This document shows positions 1 through 15,860 of a stretch of DNA of 64,000 nucleotides, piece after piece (the first letter of the stretch is position 1; each line of letters opens with the position of its first letter). The notes beneath the pieces are model-generated. The model made no database searches, was not told the origin of the DNA, and saw only the letters and a list, made by a program, of their open reading frames with translations. The stretch comes from the human T2T-CHM13v2.0 reference genome, Homo sapiens, in assembly GCF_009914755.1 (NCBI RefSeq), contig NC_060926.1. The stretch is one strand, 5' to 3'. The translations under genes and the position numbers were made by a program.

Positions 1-519
1 TTACTGATTTATTAAGTGGAGCTTGGTATCTCTTCTCTCCTATCAAAATATGCATGGGAACATTATGGCAGGTGAGAATTTTTCTTCTGGTATCTATTTT
101 GTTTTCCTTTAACTTTCTACTCTTTTCATTTTAAAATCCTAGTGCTCTGCTCTCTGTGGATGTATAAAATTCTGCTGGTAGGTAGGGAATGAAAAGGGAC
201 ACGTGGTTTAATCACATGCACTGCCAGAATTCGAGTGATAATGTTTCTCTTCCATAGCTATTTGCATCATAACACACACGTATTTTGTAATAAAAGATTT
301 AGTCTCCCATTAAATAAATTTCTGGCATGAATTAATAGATGGCAGAAAATTACAAGGGAGAATTTTGGTCAGATTTTCTCAGAAGTTCTCAACCCATCAT
401 TGAGAGGGAGTGGTTTCGGCCTCCCTTGCCGACATACCCACCCTTCCTCCTGCTCCAGGGAAGGCAAATTGAGCTGTGTCTGTGAGGAACCACCTGAGCC
501 AGAACACAGAAAATTCGCG

Positions 520-1035
520 TGTGTCTGACCCTGCAATTCCAATTATAAAAATCTACCGTAGGAAAATAATTTTAAAATAAGGCTAGTATTCACATATGTA
601 AGTGCCTATTGAAAAAATCCCTTATATTAACAAAAAAGAGAAAACGACTTAATTGCCTCAAAATGAGGTCAAACTCATGCAGACATACCCATCCACTTCA
701 CTGAATGGATTCAATGTTGTGGCGACATTAACACTGATGTTGTAGGAAAATATATGGAAACATAGAAAATTACTAATGATATGGGGTTAGATGAAGAAAT
801 AATGGTTAAAAACTCTCCCCTGACACTAATATTTAAGAATTCATAATACAAAATTTGAAGAAGATCCACTAAAACTTTTAGCTGTTATAATCTTTAGGTG
901 ATATCATTACAGGTGGATTTTATACTTAATGTTCATATTTTGTACTTTAAGATTTCTTTCTGTAATGGATATACATTGCATTTATAATCAGTAAAACATC
1001 AATAAATGAGTATATAAATAAATAAATATTTAAAA
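520..1035 (+). mobile_element. Old L1 (L1ME-like) 3' end fragment, highly diverged
   Basis: 'gaccctgcaattccaatt..' resembles the L1M ORF2 end/3'UTR. It ends in an L1ME-like 'tacattgcatttataatcagtaaaacatcaataaa'. Boundaries are approximate. Confidence 0.5.
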
Positions 1036-3589
1036 CGGAGGGAAAACACTGAGTCAAGGTAGCTCTGGAGCTTCCTCTGACAAGTTACTGTTACTAATAT
1101 TTACTCTTTTTGGTTCCACTCCCCGTAATAGAGAAGGGGTATGTGTATTATCATCTTTGCAGCGACCCATCCCAGCTACACACTCATTACATACTCCTCT
1201 TAGGAAACGTAGACAATGCCTAGCCTGCCAGTCTGTCTGATGAAGCATGGCCTTTTGCAGGTGTGTAACTGCCTTTTACTAGTTTTCTGAAAACTGTCTC
1301 AAAGCAGCAAGAAAATAACCTGTAACTACGAGTGAAGTATAAAGATCTGTACTTAAAAGCATGCCTGACTAGGCTCTGTGCTTAGGGGACCCAATTAAGA
1401 ACATGTAAACAGTCTTCCTACAGTCGTATCCAGTGCTCCCGTACACCCACTGGGCTGTGCAATGCAGTCACTGCAAGTGGGAAGGTGGAGGTCACCGTGC
1501 TTGCCGATCGACTCACCATCATGGCCTACATTTTAGTCCATTGAAAATGCACAGTTTTATAAATCATCTGTTTTGATGGAGCAGCAAAAGCAAACTTTCA
1601 TCACGTTTTGGGTAATTTGTATTTTAAATATTAAAACGTATTCTACCTTGTGATATTCTTCCTGACTGTCATGCAAATTCAGCCCCTGTCTTCATAAATA
1701 GATTTTGGGAAACATCTCAATGCCAGTCACAGCACAGGTGAAATGTTAAATTTCACTGTGACTGAGCAAGGGGTTGTGGAGCTCGGCGCCCTTATCCTCA
1801 TCCCCTCTGTGTTTCCTAAGCTGTAGAAGCAAGACAGAATAATTCTCCTTTTTGACACAGTTTGCTCAGGGGCTCACATTTCTGCGGCTGTCAAGCGTGA
1901 ACAAATTAAAGTTTCTTTATTTTTCTATCAGGCATAAGTGGCCTTGGGATATGCTTGGCTGCCTCATTTTCTCTTAGCTTCAAATTCTCATCATCGGTCT
2001 TGCCTACTTTTGCATTCCTTGTCCACAACAAAGCCTTCACACAAGACTTTTGCTTTTGATGGGGCGGTACTGAGGGTGGAGGGAAGTCAGGCATCTGTGA
2101 CGGATTTCTTACCACAGGTAATACATACCAAACTGGTAGAGATACTGAGTAATTATTCCCTTTTCCTTGGAGTAATACCTCTGGGCCTTTGCCCCAGCTA
2201 TCTCTCACCCTTATCTCCTGTGTGCTTATTCATTCTGTACGCTTCTAAAAAATGCACACCCAGACACACAGGCTACAAGACACACAGGCTAGAAGAGCAC
2301 CTCCCTGGAAATAAAACATTTAAAAGGCTTGCCCCCACCATCTACAGTTAAATCTTTAATCATCTTCCTGCCTACCTGTGCCTACATGTTTTTCACATCT
2401 TATTTTTAAACGTTCTGTCAACTATGACATGTTTTAGGATCATTCAGTAGGATGATTATGGGGATCAGATGATATTGTAGATATAGGAGTGCTTTGAAAA
2501 TTAACAAACAGCCTATATGGGAATGAGTTTGTTTCACATCTAATACATTAGTCCCTTATCAGAACGCAATGCGGAATTCTCATTTCATGCTCTTCCACAG
2601 AGTCAGAAAGTGGCAGAGTGTGAAAGGCAGTGAGAATTCCTCTGCAAATCCCATTACTCATTCCAGACCCTGTTCTAAGAGCCTCCCAGTGTTTCTTCCA
2701 TGATCTCATTTTACAGAGGTGGATGGGTAGATGACTAGAGTTGTTTGTCCAGTGGGAGCAACTTGCCAGCCTCTTTGTGCCCTTCCTCTTGCTAACACCC
2801 TTAGCCCAAAGCTTTTTTGACCTGAGCTTGCTGCAAAACGTATTCTGGATTTCCATACTTTGAAGAGGCAGGATGATGTCAAGTGGCACGGAGGGTGGTG
2901 GGGGGCCCTTAAGTCACAGAGTCTTTTTCAAGCTGCTGTTGCCCTTGGGTGACCAGTTGAACTCTAGGAGGACAATCTGTGTATTAATGGGGACTTAGTT
3001 TTAAAATTTATGTTATGATTATATTGCTTGTAAATGGACCAAAGTAATGCTTTGTGGATTATGTGTTCAGATATACACACACAGGCTTTCTTTATGAATG
3101 TAAGTGCTTTAACTTTGAATATCTTCATAAGGAGCCAGGAATTCTAAAGTATACCACATGTTTTATATACATGTGGTATAAATACCTTTTCAAATATCTG
3201 GGTCTATTTAATGTGCCTTTAAAAATATTTTCAACTCTCTCTTTTATTTCATATAAAGAAAAAAAAATCCAGCTTGATTTTCTCTTCCTATTTCTGTTTT
3301 TCCAAGGTTTAATTGATGCATGCTTAGTGGAGAAGCAATTGATATAAATATTAGCAAACAATGAACATGTACTAAAAAAGTCTACTGTGTTGAGATCAAC
3401 CCACCTCCCTTAACGATTAATAGATATTAACTTATCCTGTGCTTTCTTGAGGAAAGTGGTATCTTGTACGAAAAAATGTCAAGAACAAGGCCCTAAGAAA
3501 AGGAAATATAGCATATGATATGGGCTAATGACAGTTGCTGCCCCTGAATATCTGTATCCTCCAGCCTATTCCAAGATCACTGATCACAC

Positions 3590-3722
3590 TGGAATCATCT
3601 GTTTACTTTCTTTTTGCTAGACTGGACTCTGAGCTCCTTAATGGCTGGGGCATGCATTTGTCCCCACAGCCCCAATCCACAGCACCGTGCCTGGCTCAGA
3701 GTATGTCTCATGAATGAGTTAA
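3590..3722 (+). mobile_element. L2 3' end fragment
   Basis: 'ctagactggactctgagctcctt..ggctgggg..agcaccgtgcctggctcagagta..tgaatgag' matches the typical L2 terminus. Confidence 0.6.
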
Positions 3723-4059
3723 TGATAACAATCATGGCCCAGAGATTCTGCCTGATTCTCATACATCTAAAAGAAAATGAATCAATTTTGGTAAGTTTCA
3801 TGTTGATTAAGGTAGATGGAGACATCACCATATTGGGGTAGAATTTCCAGGACCAATGGAGATCTGATGTCTCTGGAGTATTTTCTGATTAGCACCACAG
3901 TCTTCCGCCATTTTCTACTCTCATTACTAAGGGCTTTCCCACCTTCCAGGGGATCTTGTGGCTCATTACGGCAATGGGCCTCAATGAGGAATGAAACATG
4001 TTTTGTGTGTATAGTGAGAAAATTCTTTTGCAGTAAAAGAAAGTGCTTAAATACTCAAA

Positions 4060-4205
4060 TTCTGGACTTGAAATGCCTGGATGGAAACCTTTGCTCTGCC
4101 AATTACCAGCTTGTTATATAGGTTTCATTTAACCCTCTATGGGAATGGCAATGGTAATTCTATAGATTAAAAGAGATAATGCCTTCTGAAGTGCCTGACA
4201 CACAT
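4060..4205 (+). mobile_element. MIR SINE fragment
   Basis: 'aaaccttgctctgccaattaccagcttg..catttaaccctct..gagataatg..aagtgcctgacacaca' is MIR-core-like. Confidence 0.5.
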
Positions 4206-6039
4206 GGACATGGCAATTTTCATGTCTGCCTAAAGCATCATTCCAACACAGTAGCTAATCCTCAACTGATTCTTGGTGACTGGACTGCCACCATTGCAAA
4301 GTCTCCATTTTCCAGAGGGTAGCAACGTCACAGATGCTTCAATGAGCTTGTTGTTTTTGAACACCTGGTCATATTTTAAATTTATTTCTTAGGATGGATC
4401 TCAAAAGCAAACTTACTGACTCAGGACCATTTCAAAAACTGCTTTCCAAAAAGCCTTCTCCAAGCAGAGACCTCTTGCTTTCTACATTCCTACTGTACCT
4501 AATAGTTTCCCTTTCTCTGGACTTGAGAGTATTCTACAAGGAAATGTGAAAAAATAATGTAAAATCTAGGCATAGAATCCATTACAAAATATCAGAGACT
4601 GTGAAAGAGACTGTGAATGGCAGCAGAGGTTCAGCCCAGCAAGTGGACACAGGTTAAAATGAGAAGTTGTAGGCTTGTCCCTGCCCGAGTTAGCAGCCCC
4701 ACGCAACTTGAGTGTGAAACGAGAGGAACGTCACAGCTGCTCTCCTTATCTAAAGCAAGAATGTTCTCAAATCCACAACAATGTCTGATTCTAGGTATTG
4801 TCTTTTCCTTCTATCTTGACTTTATGCTTGGACAAATTCTTTAGAAGACAGTTGAGCATTTCTGGCTCAGAGTCAGATAAAACTCCCCATGTCTCTGTTT
4901 CCATCAATAAACACGGCAAAAATAACATAAAGAACTATTGGCCTTGTTTGTTGTTTGTACAAATTTATTTTCATCTTTCTGTGTTTGCAGCTACAAGAGT
5001 ATTAAACATTTTTACAAAGGAAAAGCTAAAACTGTATTTTTGGTCTCACTAGAGTATCTGTGTTGCAATGCTTCATGTATTTGCCTGCCGAAAAAATGCA
5101 CCATAGTTCCTCATGAGAAGAGTGAAGATTTATATCTTGTATTTGTTCTATGCACATCAACTCTAGTTCATGGATTCAATAGGCTACAACAGTAAGAAAC
5201 TTTAGAAATTATGAACTGGAAGCAACAGATAATTTCTGCATTCAATCAAAAGACAGGCCAACCAAAGGCATCTGGAGTTCTCTGAAGCCCATAAAAGCTT
5301 CCCTAGAGTGTGCTGAGCTGATAGGACAATTTTTTTCCAAACCCAGTGAGGCAGAGTCCTTGAGCTCCCAAAGGCTTATGCTTAAGGAAGCCCAAAAATC
5401 CATGCATAAGGCACTATGCAGCTGATCTATAAATTAACATCCCTTGGATCTAAGCTCCCATCAGTCAAGTTTAATCATATGGTGCCTGGAAGCCTAAGAA
5501 GGAGACATTCAGGATGAAGTTAGCAGAAAATCTTCAGTTCATAATCAGAAGGCGCCATCAGCTTATTTTGTTTTTGTGTCAGTGATTTGATAATCAGGCC
5601 TTTTGTTCCAAATAGTGCTCTCACGGAGAAATGAGCAATCAATCATTTGGTTCAGACTCTCAGCTGACACTTATTTGTACCCTGAATATGCAGTTTCCAT
5701 GAATAGCCCTATGTCCAGACAAAGAGACTAGCTGACTGGGGTTTCTGCCTCCCTTAGTAATCATGGATTGGTGCTGTCAGTGCCTGATGGATGAAGGGGA
5801 CGGATCAGAATGGACTGGAGGGGATTGGATCTGCCTTGCAAATCATGAGGGAATCCCAGGGAAAGAAAACACTCCTCGGACTGATAGTGAGGGTGAGTAA
5901 GTGGTGCAAGTTTCTCATATTGCACTGAGGTTTTTGATGCTTGATTCATGCATTCACTAAGCAGAACAGTTCTGAACTTAATAAACAATTTTTCATTATG
6001 TATATCCTATTGAAACTTTACAAATTTTTTGAGTCCAGT

Positions 6040-6400
6040 TTGGTTGAATAAATATTTATTGAGCATCTGGTATATGCAGCCTGTTTTGTAGGGATCCAGG
6101 AAAATTTTAGTGATAATGACAGAGTACAAACTCATTCTCTGGTAGGCCCCAGCCCAGCCAGAGGGATATTAGTGTTCACATAGCCAGAACACAAGGCAGA
6201 AGGTGTTAAGTTATCATAAAACGTTCCAAGGACTTGGAGAAAAGAGGGATCAGGTGGGATGAGAAGGGCTTTATGAAGGAGCTGGAATTTGAGAGGGGGC
6301 TTGAAGTATCAAGCAGACGGTTGGCTGTGGCTTGCAGCAGGTCGGCAGATGCTGGGGCTGCAGAGGACAAAACTCCTGGTTGGAGTTTGTCCATGGCATG
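6040..6400 (-). mobile_element. L2 fragment
   Basis: 'aataaatatttattgagcatctggtatatgcagcc..' is the reverse complement of an L2 3' end, followed by L2-like purine-rich sequence. Confidence 0.5.
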
Positions 6401-6765
6401 TCCAAAAATAAGTGGGAGATCAGAGTAGAAGGTATGTGGGCAGACATGCTGGATAACACTGTGTTGAGATGTTTGTGATGAATTCCACTGGCAGTGAACC
6501 TCTATTAGACATCTTCATCTGGGAAATTACACGCTTGGAGGTACTAAAGCCCCATAAACTTTGTAGATATGTGTTTTTCATAATGTCTGAGAGAAGGAGG
6601 GACATTTCTTGTCTCTGTTTCATCAGTATGAGGGTCCACTGTTCTGCTTCCAGCTCAGAGGACACAATCTCAGATCATGTGACCTACCCCACATTCCTCA
6701 AAGAAGACAGGAAATGAGACTGAAAAAGATTTGCATGACTTCCCTTATTTGGCTTGGCAGTCAGA

Positions 6766-7094
6766 TTTATTTATTTATTTATGTATTTATGTATTTATTT
6801 ATCTTTGAAACAGAGCCTCTCTCTGTTGCCCAGGCCAGAGTGCAGTGATGCAATCTCAGCTCACTGCAACCTCCAGTTCTTGGGTTCAAGCAATCTCCTG
6901 CCTCAGCTTCCCAAGGATCTGGAATTACAGGTGCGTGTCACCATGCCTGGCTAAATTTTTTTGTATTTCTAGTGGAGACGGGGTTTCACCATATTGGCCA
7001 GGCTGGTCTCAAACTCCTGGCCTTAAGTGATCTGCCTGCCTCAGCCGCCCAAAGTGCTGGGATTACAGGCGTGAGCCACCACCCGTGCCCGGCC
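6766..7094 (-). mobile_element. Alu (AluS-type), full length, antisense; tail decayed into (TTTA/TGTA)n
   Basis: Both monomers are recognisable, ending 'gtgcccggcc'. Flanking near-direct repeat GCAGTCAG(A/C)TTT at 6757-6768 and 7096-7107 is the TSD. Confidence 0.97.
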
Positions 7095-7325
7095 TGCAGT
7101 CAGCTTTGTACCCTCTTGCCATGCCTTGCTCTTGTTAACATCCTTGTGCCCATTTCCAGGCAGCATTTATTTCTACTCTCCTCCACCTTCATGGGCTCAA
7201 GGGCAGCCCTGAGTATGATCCAGTACACCGGAGCTTGGCATTAAACTTCCTGCTGACCTCTCTTGTTGCTCTCCTGGCTTCAGTCTAGTTTCTCCAGATC
7301 CACATATGTGTCTCTGTCATTTAAC

Positions 7326-7490
7326 CAGCAGTTTCAAACCTTAGTGCCATGGAGAGTCACCTGGGATAACTGGCTATAATGCATATTCCCAGAGACTCTC
7401 ACTAAGTGGGAGAAGGCTCAAAAACCTGCTTCTTAAATGAAGACTCCCCAGTGATGCCGATGTGCATGGTTCCTTGGCCACCCTTGAGGG
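7326..7490. mobile_element. MER5A-like hAT-Charlie MITE
   Basis: 'cagcagtttcaaaccttagtgccatggagagtcacctggga..aaacctgcttcttaaatgaagactccccagtgatgccgatgtgc' follows the MER5A layout. Confidence 0.65.
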
Positions 7491-8029
7491 AGTAACCTTC
7501 TAACCTCATCACTTAGTCAACCAAGCCTTACACAGACTTCATATTGCCACATCCTGGACTGCCCTCCCTCCATCAAATACACAGCTATAATTCCCCATTC
7601 TCTGTGAATTATGTTCTCTTCACTTCTCTTGCTACTCTTATCAGCCACTCATCCCCTTTTCAGATGAAGGCTGCGCCTCAGTCTGTAACATTTATTACAC
7701 CCTCTCATAAATGTTTTCAGGAACACTTTGGTATTTTACTGCCCTATCAGATTGTATAACAGTCAAAGGTAGAACCACATTCTCTGTAGTCTTTGCTCTC
7801 CACTGTGCCTGCACACTGTGAGGGGCTCAACAAAGTCTCTTCTGAGATGGCTATTCATCGAAGACACATGTAGGACACCAAGGAAAAGCAAACACTGAAA
7901 AACACATTGCTCCTATATAAAGAGACCATCTTACTACTATGAACAAGATGGTAACTGGTAAACACAGATAAAACTCTAAGTGATGCATTTCCTGGATTAC
8001 ATGGGGATGAACACTACATTGCACATCTC

Positions 8030-8560
8030 TGTACCCTGCATTGTGTAATAGTCTGTACCTTACACTGCACAGTAATCTACTCCCTTGAGTGCACAGTCAT
8101 CCACACCCTGCACTGTACAGTGATCCACTCTCTGCACTTCACAGTGATTCCCACTATATGTTGCACAGTGGTATTCATCCTATGGCACAGAGATCTGCTC
8201 CCTATGGTGCACAGTGATACACTCTCTACAGTACACAGTGATACAATCTGCACAGTGATACCCGCTATACTGCACAGTGGTGTACATCCTATGGCACTGT
8301 GATCTGCTCCCTACACGACACAGTGACTGACACCTTATACGGTGCAGTGATCAACACTGTAATCCACATAGCGATCTACTCTCTATACTGCATTCTGATG
8401 ACATCTTCTGCTGCACAGTCATCTACTCCCTCCACTGCTGTGTTCTCTTTATATTGTGTGGTTATGTAGTTCTCACACCAACACAGTGATCTATACCTTA
8501 CAATACATCAGTACACTGCACAGTGATCTTCTTACACTGTATAGCAATCTACACCTTGTG
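8030..8560. repeat. Degenerate ~22-24 bp minisatellite, unit approx. TGCACAGTGATCTACTCCCTACAC
   Basis: Exact CACAGTG occurs at 8140, 8164, 8210, 8234, 8251, 8273, 8319, 8482 and 8519, with CACTGTG at 8295 and many 1-mismatch variants at ~24-bp spacing. Confidence 0.9.
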
Positions 8561-9884
8561 GTGGGTGCATTCCCTAGTCCTTTAGTTAAAGCTCCTTAAT
8601 AAGAAGGCTCAATAGGTCTTTGTGAATACTGACCCCACTTAAGGTAAAAGACACATTTTGTTGGTTCCACTAATGTTGTCAGGGCACTCTGTTTAAAGAC
8701 TTACTAGAGAGAATGATCTTTTCAAATAATGACCCCTACTTTTCAATCCTCACTTGACCTTTCATTTGTGAATTTCTCAAAGAAAATAAGTGATCATATC
8801 AATCTTACTCTAAATCTAGTAATTTAAAATCTTAATCACTAGCAGAATATATATCAACTTAACTCACCAACATCAAGAAATGTAGGATTCTTAATCTTGT
8901 TCTGAATTAAAATTATGTCTTTGACATAGTTACCAGATAGAGCCCTAGCAGACATCTGAGCTGGGAAGAAAGATGAGTTGGAGGCAGACTCACTGTTTAT
9001 GAGCTGGATGTCCTTGCCAATGTGCTACAGTTCTCTAAAGCCTCAGTTTCCTCTTCTGCTCCCACAGACTCTCAGCCAACCATGGTTAGTAAAGTCTTCC
9101 AGGTGATGCTAACTTGTACTTTGGTTAAGAGTCACTATCTAAACTTGTTCTACCTGAGGGTCTGTTGTGCAGTGATCTGCAAAACAAGAGGACCTTGGAC
9201 GTTGCCTGCACTTGTTCTCTCTTCCTGCATGTAAAAACTATCTCGGAAGCCCTTACCAGAAGAGGCTTAGAGAAGTTTGTTTACCACCCACTGGAAAAAT
9301 TAAGAGGAGGTAAATCTTTACTTTAACTCCCAGGAAAAACCAAAGAGCTCCCTTACGTGACTTGTTATGCCTTGTCATTTCTGCTGTGGTTGTGAAATTT
9401 CAAAAACATGAAACAGTGTCTCAACTTAATTCAAATTTTGGGAATCATTGACTTCAACCCTAGTGTCACTAGGTTTGTCTGCTTAAATATAAACTCTCAT
9501 TCTTTACTCACCATTGCCTCAGAAGGGATTTATAATTTCTTATTTTCAGAATTAAACATTTATATGTGTGGATCCATAATTATAACCAATGATGTTTGCA
9601 TTTTTATAGAAAATGTGAGAAAAAACTCAGTCTCAAATTGTATGGATGTGTCCCCTGAATTTCAGTCACATGTAGAGTTAGAAGAATGTACTTTCCCAGT
9701 GTGTATATATATATAAATAATTTTTATTTCTTGTTTCTGTATATTCTTCTTTCCCTTTTGTACCAATTAGACATACAAATGATCCTAGATTATGTGTGGA
9801 AATTGGCTGGAAAAAATGAAATTATATTTCAACTGAAGATTTTCCTTTCTCAGAAACGGATGAGGAAATGGAGAAATGCAGTTA

Positions 9885-10281
<397 letters not shown>

Positions 10282-10975
10282 CTACATGTGGGAAAACTTT
10301 AAATTGTATTGGCCAGGTTTTTGCCTTAACTCTCCAGCAACTTTCTATAGTTAGAATACACTATTTATTCAGATTTGTGCTCTACTGTAATGTCTGCTAT
10401 TATAAAATCATATCTATTTATATTTCTATTCTTTTTACAACCTGCATTTTAAAACTATAATGTATGTCTTGATTTTATGGGCCTTTAAAAGGCTATACAG
10501 ATACAGGCACGCTATAAAATAATAAGACCAGTGTTTTGGAACATGTTATGGAAATTATGGGTCACTGTTTATAGTTAAATCACAAAAGTCTTATTATTAT
10601 AAAAAATAATTTTAGAGATTCTACCATGCGTATGTTCCTTTGCTCAGTACTGGGCATCAAAATAAGGTTGAGAAAATGGTCCCTACCCTTAAAAATATTA
10701 ATTTTAACTTTATTTGATGTTACAGGAAGAAAAACAATGTAGACAATAGAATGCCCCCCTCCCATGTAGTGTTATATGGGTAATGAGAGTGGGGTGAGGA
10801 AGGGCAGGGCTCCTCAGAGGGTGGTTTGGGGCCAAGCTATGGAGAAAATGCACTGGGATTAGAAGTACCCCCATGTTTCATTTCTCTCATCTCTCCCTCA
10901 CATTGATTTCAAGTTTGTTGTTATTTTATTTTATTTTTATTTTTTAAATTTTTGACCTTATTTATTGAAAATATA

Positions 10976-11168
10976 TTTCTTAAAAAATGATGTTGTTAGT
11001 TTGATAGGAATTGAATCTGTGTATTGCTTTGAGCAGTACGGCCATATTAACGATATTGATTCTTACAATGCATGAACGTGGAGTGTTATTCTGTTTGTTT
11101 GTGTTACCTGTGTTTTCTTTCAGCAATGTTTTGTAGCTCTCCTTATAGACATTTTTCATCTATTTGGT
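10976..11168 (-). mobile_element. Inverted 5' segment of a twin-primed L1 (ORF2 region)
   Basis: Antisense L1 ORF2 sequence ('tttgataggaattgaatctgtgtattgctttgagcagtacggccatattaacgatattgattctt'). In the L1 consensus this lies immediately upstream of the sense segment starting at ~11169. Confidence 0.9.
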
Positions 11169-12982
<1,814 letters not shown>

Positions 12983-13056
12983 TGAAAATATAATATAAAA
13001 TGAAGAGAAATTACTTCAAGTGGTGTGCAGCAAACATGACATTAGAAATAATTTTA

Positions 13057-13387
<331 letters not shown>

Positions 13388-13453
13388 TCAAAGGCAATAT
13401 AAAGATGCTATTGAAGTCGAATTGTTTCTCTGGAAAAGTTTAATTCAGCTATC

Positions 13454-15447
13454 TTTTTTTAGTTTTATTTTATTTTTAATTGTCAGATAATAATTGTACA
13501 TACTTATGGGATACAATGTGATTTTTTGATGTGCTTATATATTGCATAATAATTAAATCAGGATGATTCAAAAATCCATCATGTCAAACATTTGTCATTT
13601 CTTTGTAGTAAGAACATTCAAAATCCTCTCTTCTAGCTGTTTTGAAATATACATTATTGTTAACTATAGTTAACAATATATAGTTAGCAATACCCTTCCG
13701 TGCCATACAAAACCAGGACTTATTCTTCCTAACTGTAACTTTGTACCTGTTGACCAGTTCTCTCCTGATCCACCCTACCTCCTATCCTTCCAAGGCTCTT
13801 GTAACCACTATTTTACTCTCACTTCTCTCAGATCAATTGTTTTAGATTCTACATGTAAGTGAAAGAATGCAGTATTTGGCTTTCTGCGCCTTACTTACTT
13901 CACTTAACATGATATTCTCCAGTTTCAACCATGTTGTTGCAAATGAAAGAATTTTATTCCTTTTATGGCTGAATAGTATCCTCTTGTGTGTATATACCAT
14001 GTCTTCTTTACTTGCTTACCTATTGATGAACACTTACGTTGATTCCCTATCTTGGCTATGATGACGAGTGCTACAATAAAGACAGTAGTGCTAGTATCTT
14101 TTCAATATACTGGTTTTATTTCTTTTGGATATATAACCAATAGTAGGGTTGCTGGATCACATGATAATTCTATTTTAAATTTTTTAATGAAACATCGTAT
14201 CATTTTCTATAATCACTGTACTAACTTACATTACCATCAACAGTGTGTAAGCATTCAGGTTTTTCCGTATCCTTGCCAACACTTGTCAGATTTTGTCTTT
14301 TCAATACTAGCCCGTCTAACTGGAGTTAGGTGATACCTCATTGAGGTTTTGATTTGCATTTCCATGACAATTGATGATGTTGAGTATTTTTGCATACACC
14401 TATTGGCCATTTACATGTCTTCTTTTGAGAAATATCTACTCATGTCCTTTGCCCAATTTTTAATGGCACTATTTATTCTTTTTGCTATTGGGTTGTTTGA
14501 GTTTCTTGTATATTCTGGAAACCTCTTGTCAGATGTATTGTTTGCAAATGTTTTCTACCATTTTGTAGGTTGTACCTCCACTCTGTTGATTGTTTCCTTT
14601 GCTGTGTAGCAGCTTTTTAGTTTCATGTAATCTCATTTCTGTATTTTTGTTTTTGTGACTTATACTTTTAAGATCCTATCCAAAACAATCCTTGCCCAAA
14701 CCAGTGTTATAAAGCATTTTCTCTGTGTTTTCTTAGAGTAGCTTTATAGTCTTAGGTCTTAAATTAAAGTCTTTAGTCCATTTTGAGTTAATTTTTGTAT
14801 ATGTTGAAAGATAGAGGTTTAGTTTCATTCTTCTGTATGTGGAGATCCAATTTTTCCACCACCATTTATTGAAAAGTATCCTTTCTCCATGTCTGTTCTT
14901 CATACCTTTGTTGAAAATCAGTTGGATGTACATGCATGGTTTTGTTTCTGAGTTCTCCATTCTCTTCTGCTAATCTATGTGCCTGCTTTTAATGCCAGTA
15001 CCATGCTGTTTTGATTACTATAGCTTTGAAGTAGAATTTGAAGTTAGGTAGTGTAATGTCTCCAGCTATGTTTTTTTTTTTTTTTCGTCAAAATTGCTTT
15101 TGCTATTCTGGATCTTTTGTGGTTTCATGCAAATTTAGTATCTTTTTTTTCTATTTCTGTGAAAAGTGTCATTAGTGTTTTGATAGGGACTGTGCAGAAT
15201 TTGTAGTTTACTTTGGGCAGTGTAGACATTTAATGATATTAATTCTTCTAATCGGTGAACTTGGAATATCTTTCCATTTATTTATGTTCTCTTCTATTTC
15301 TTCCATACATGTTTCATAGTTTTCAGTGCAGAGATCGTTCATCTTCTAGGTACTATTTTTCTGTAGCTGTTGTTAATGGGATTTTTTTTCTTGATTTCTT
15401 TTTCAGATAGTTCAGTATTGGTATAACAAATGCTACAGACTTTTGTG
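13454..15447 (-). mobile_element. L1MA-type LINE, 3' ~2 kb, antisense
   Basis: A poly-T start, then an L1MA 3'UTR ('aagaacattcaaaatcctctcttctagctgttttgaaatatac'), then antisense ORF2 ('gccagtaccatgctgttttgattactatagctttgaagtag'). ORF 14733-14960 translates to L1 ORF2-like residues. Confidence 0.93.
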
Positions 15448-15569
15448 CACATTTCTAAATTTAACAACTGCAAAAGCCTTCGCAGCAATGTTTCCTGCTT
15501 TCTAACCCCTCTGTTCTATTTCTGAAGCCAATCAATGCCACCAGTTTCTTCTGTCATTCTAGATAATAT

Positions 15570-15860
15570 GCATATGCAAGTAAAATAATTCTTCTCCTAT
15601 TTTCTTTCTTATATAGTAGCATTCTGTATGTACTGTTTCACATCTTGCTTTTTCAATTAATATATTTTGGAGATAATTTCCTATCAGTTTAAATAACTTC
15701 CTCAATTTGTTTTTTCTTAACTGGTTACACAATATTTTATTATGTCAATATGCTGTAATCCAAAATATATTTAGCCATTTTTCTTTTGATGAACACTTAT
15801 GTTGTTTAAAGTTTTTGATATTAGAAATATGCTGCAAAGACCATTCTTATTAGAACCATG
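15570..15860 (-). mobile_element. L1ME-like 3'UTR fragment
   Basis: 'tactgtttcacatcttgctttttcaattaatatattttggagataatttcc..gatgaacacttatgttgttt' is typical antisense L1ME. Confidence 0.55.

Noticed and set aside
6609-7244. ORFs with 'LLPRPECS', '[10 protein letters not shown]' etc. (also at ~10000, 33500, 35100, 38700, 48700 and 59300)
   Set aside because: These are standard Alu-derived spurious translations.
8030-8560. CRISPR-like array or genuine antigen-receptor RSS cluster
   Set aside because: The context is eukaryotic, the spacers are related to each other rather than unique, and there are no cas genes. There are also no nonamers or V/D/J segments.
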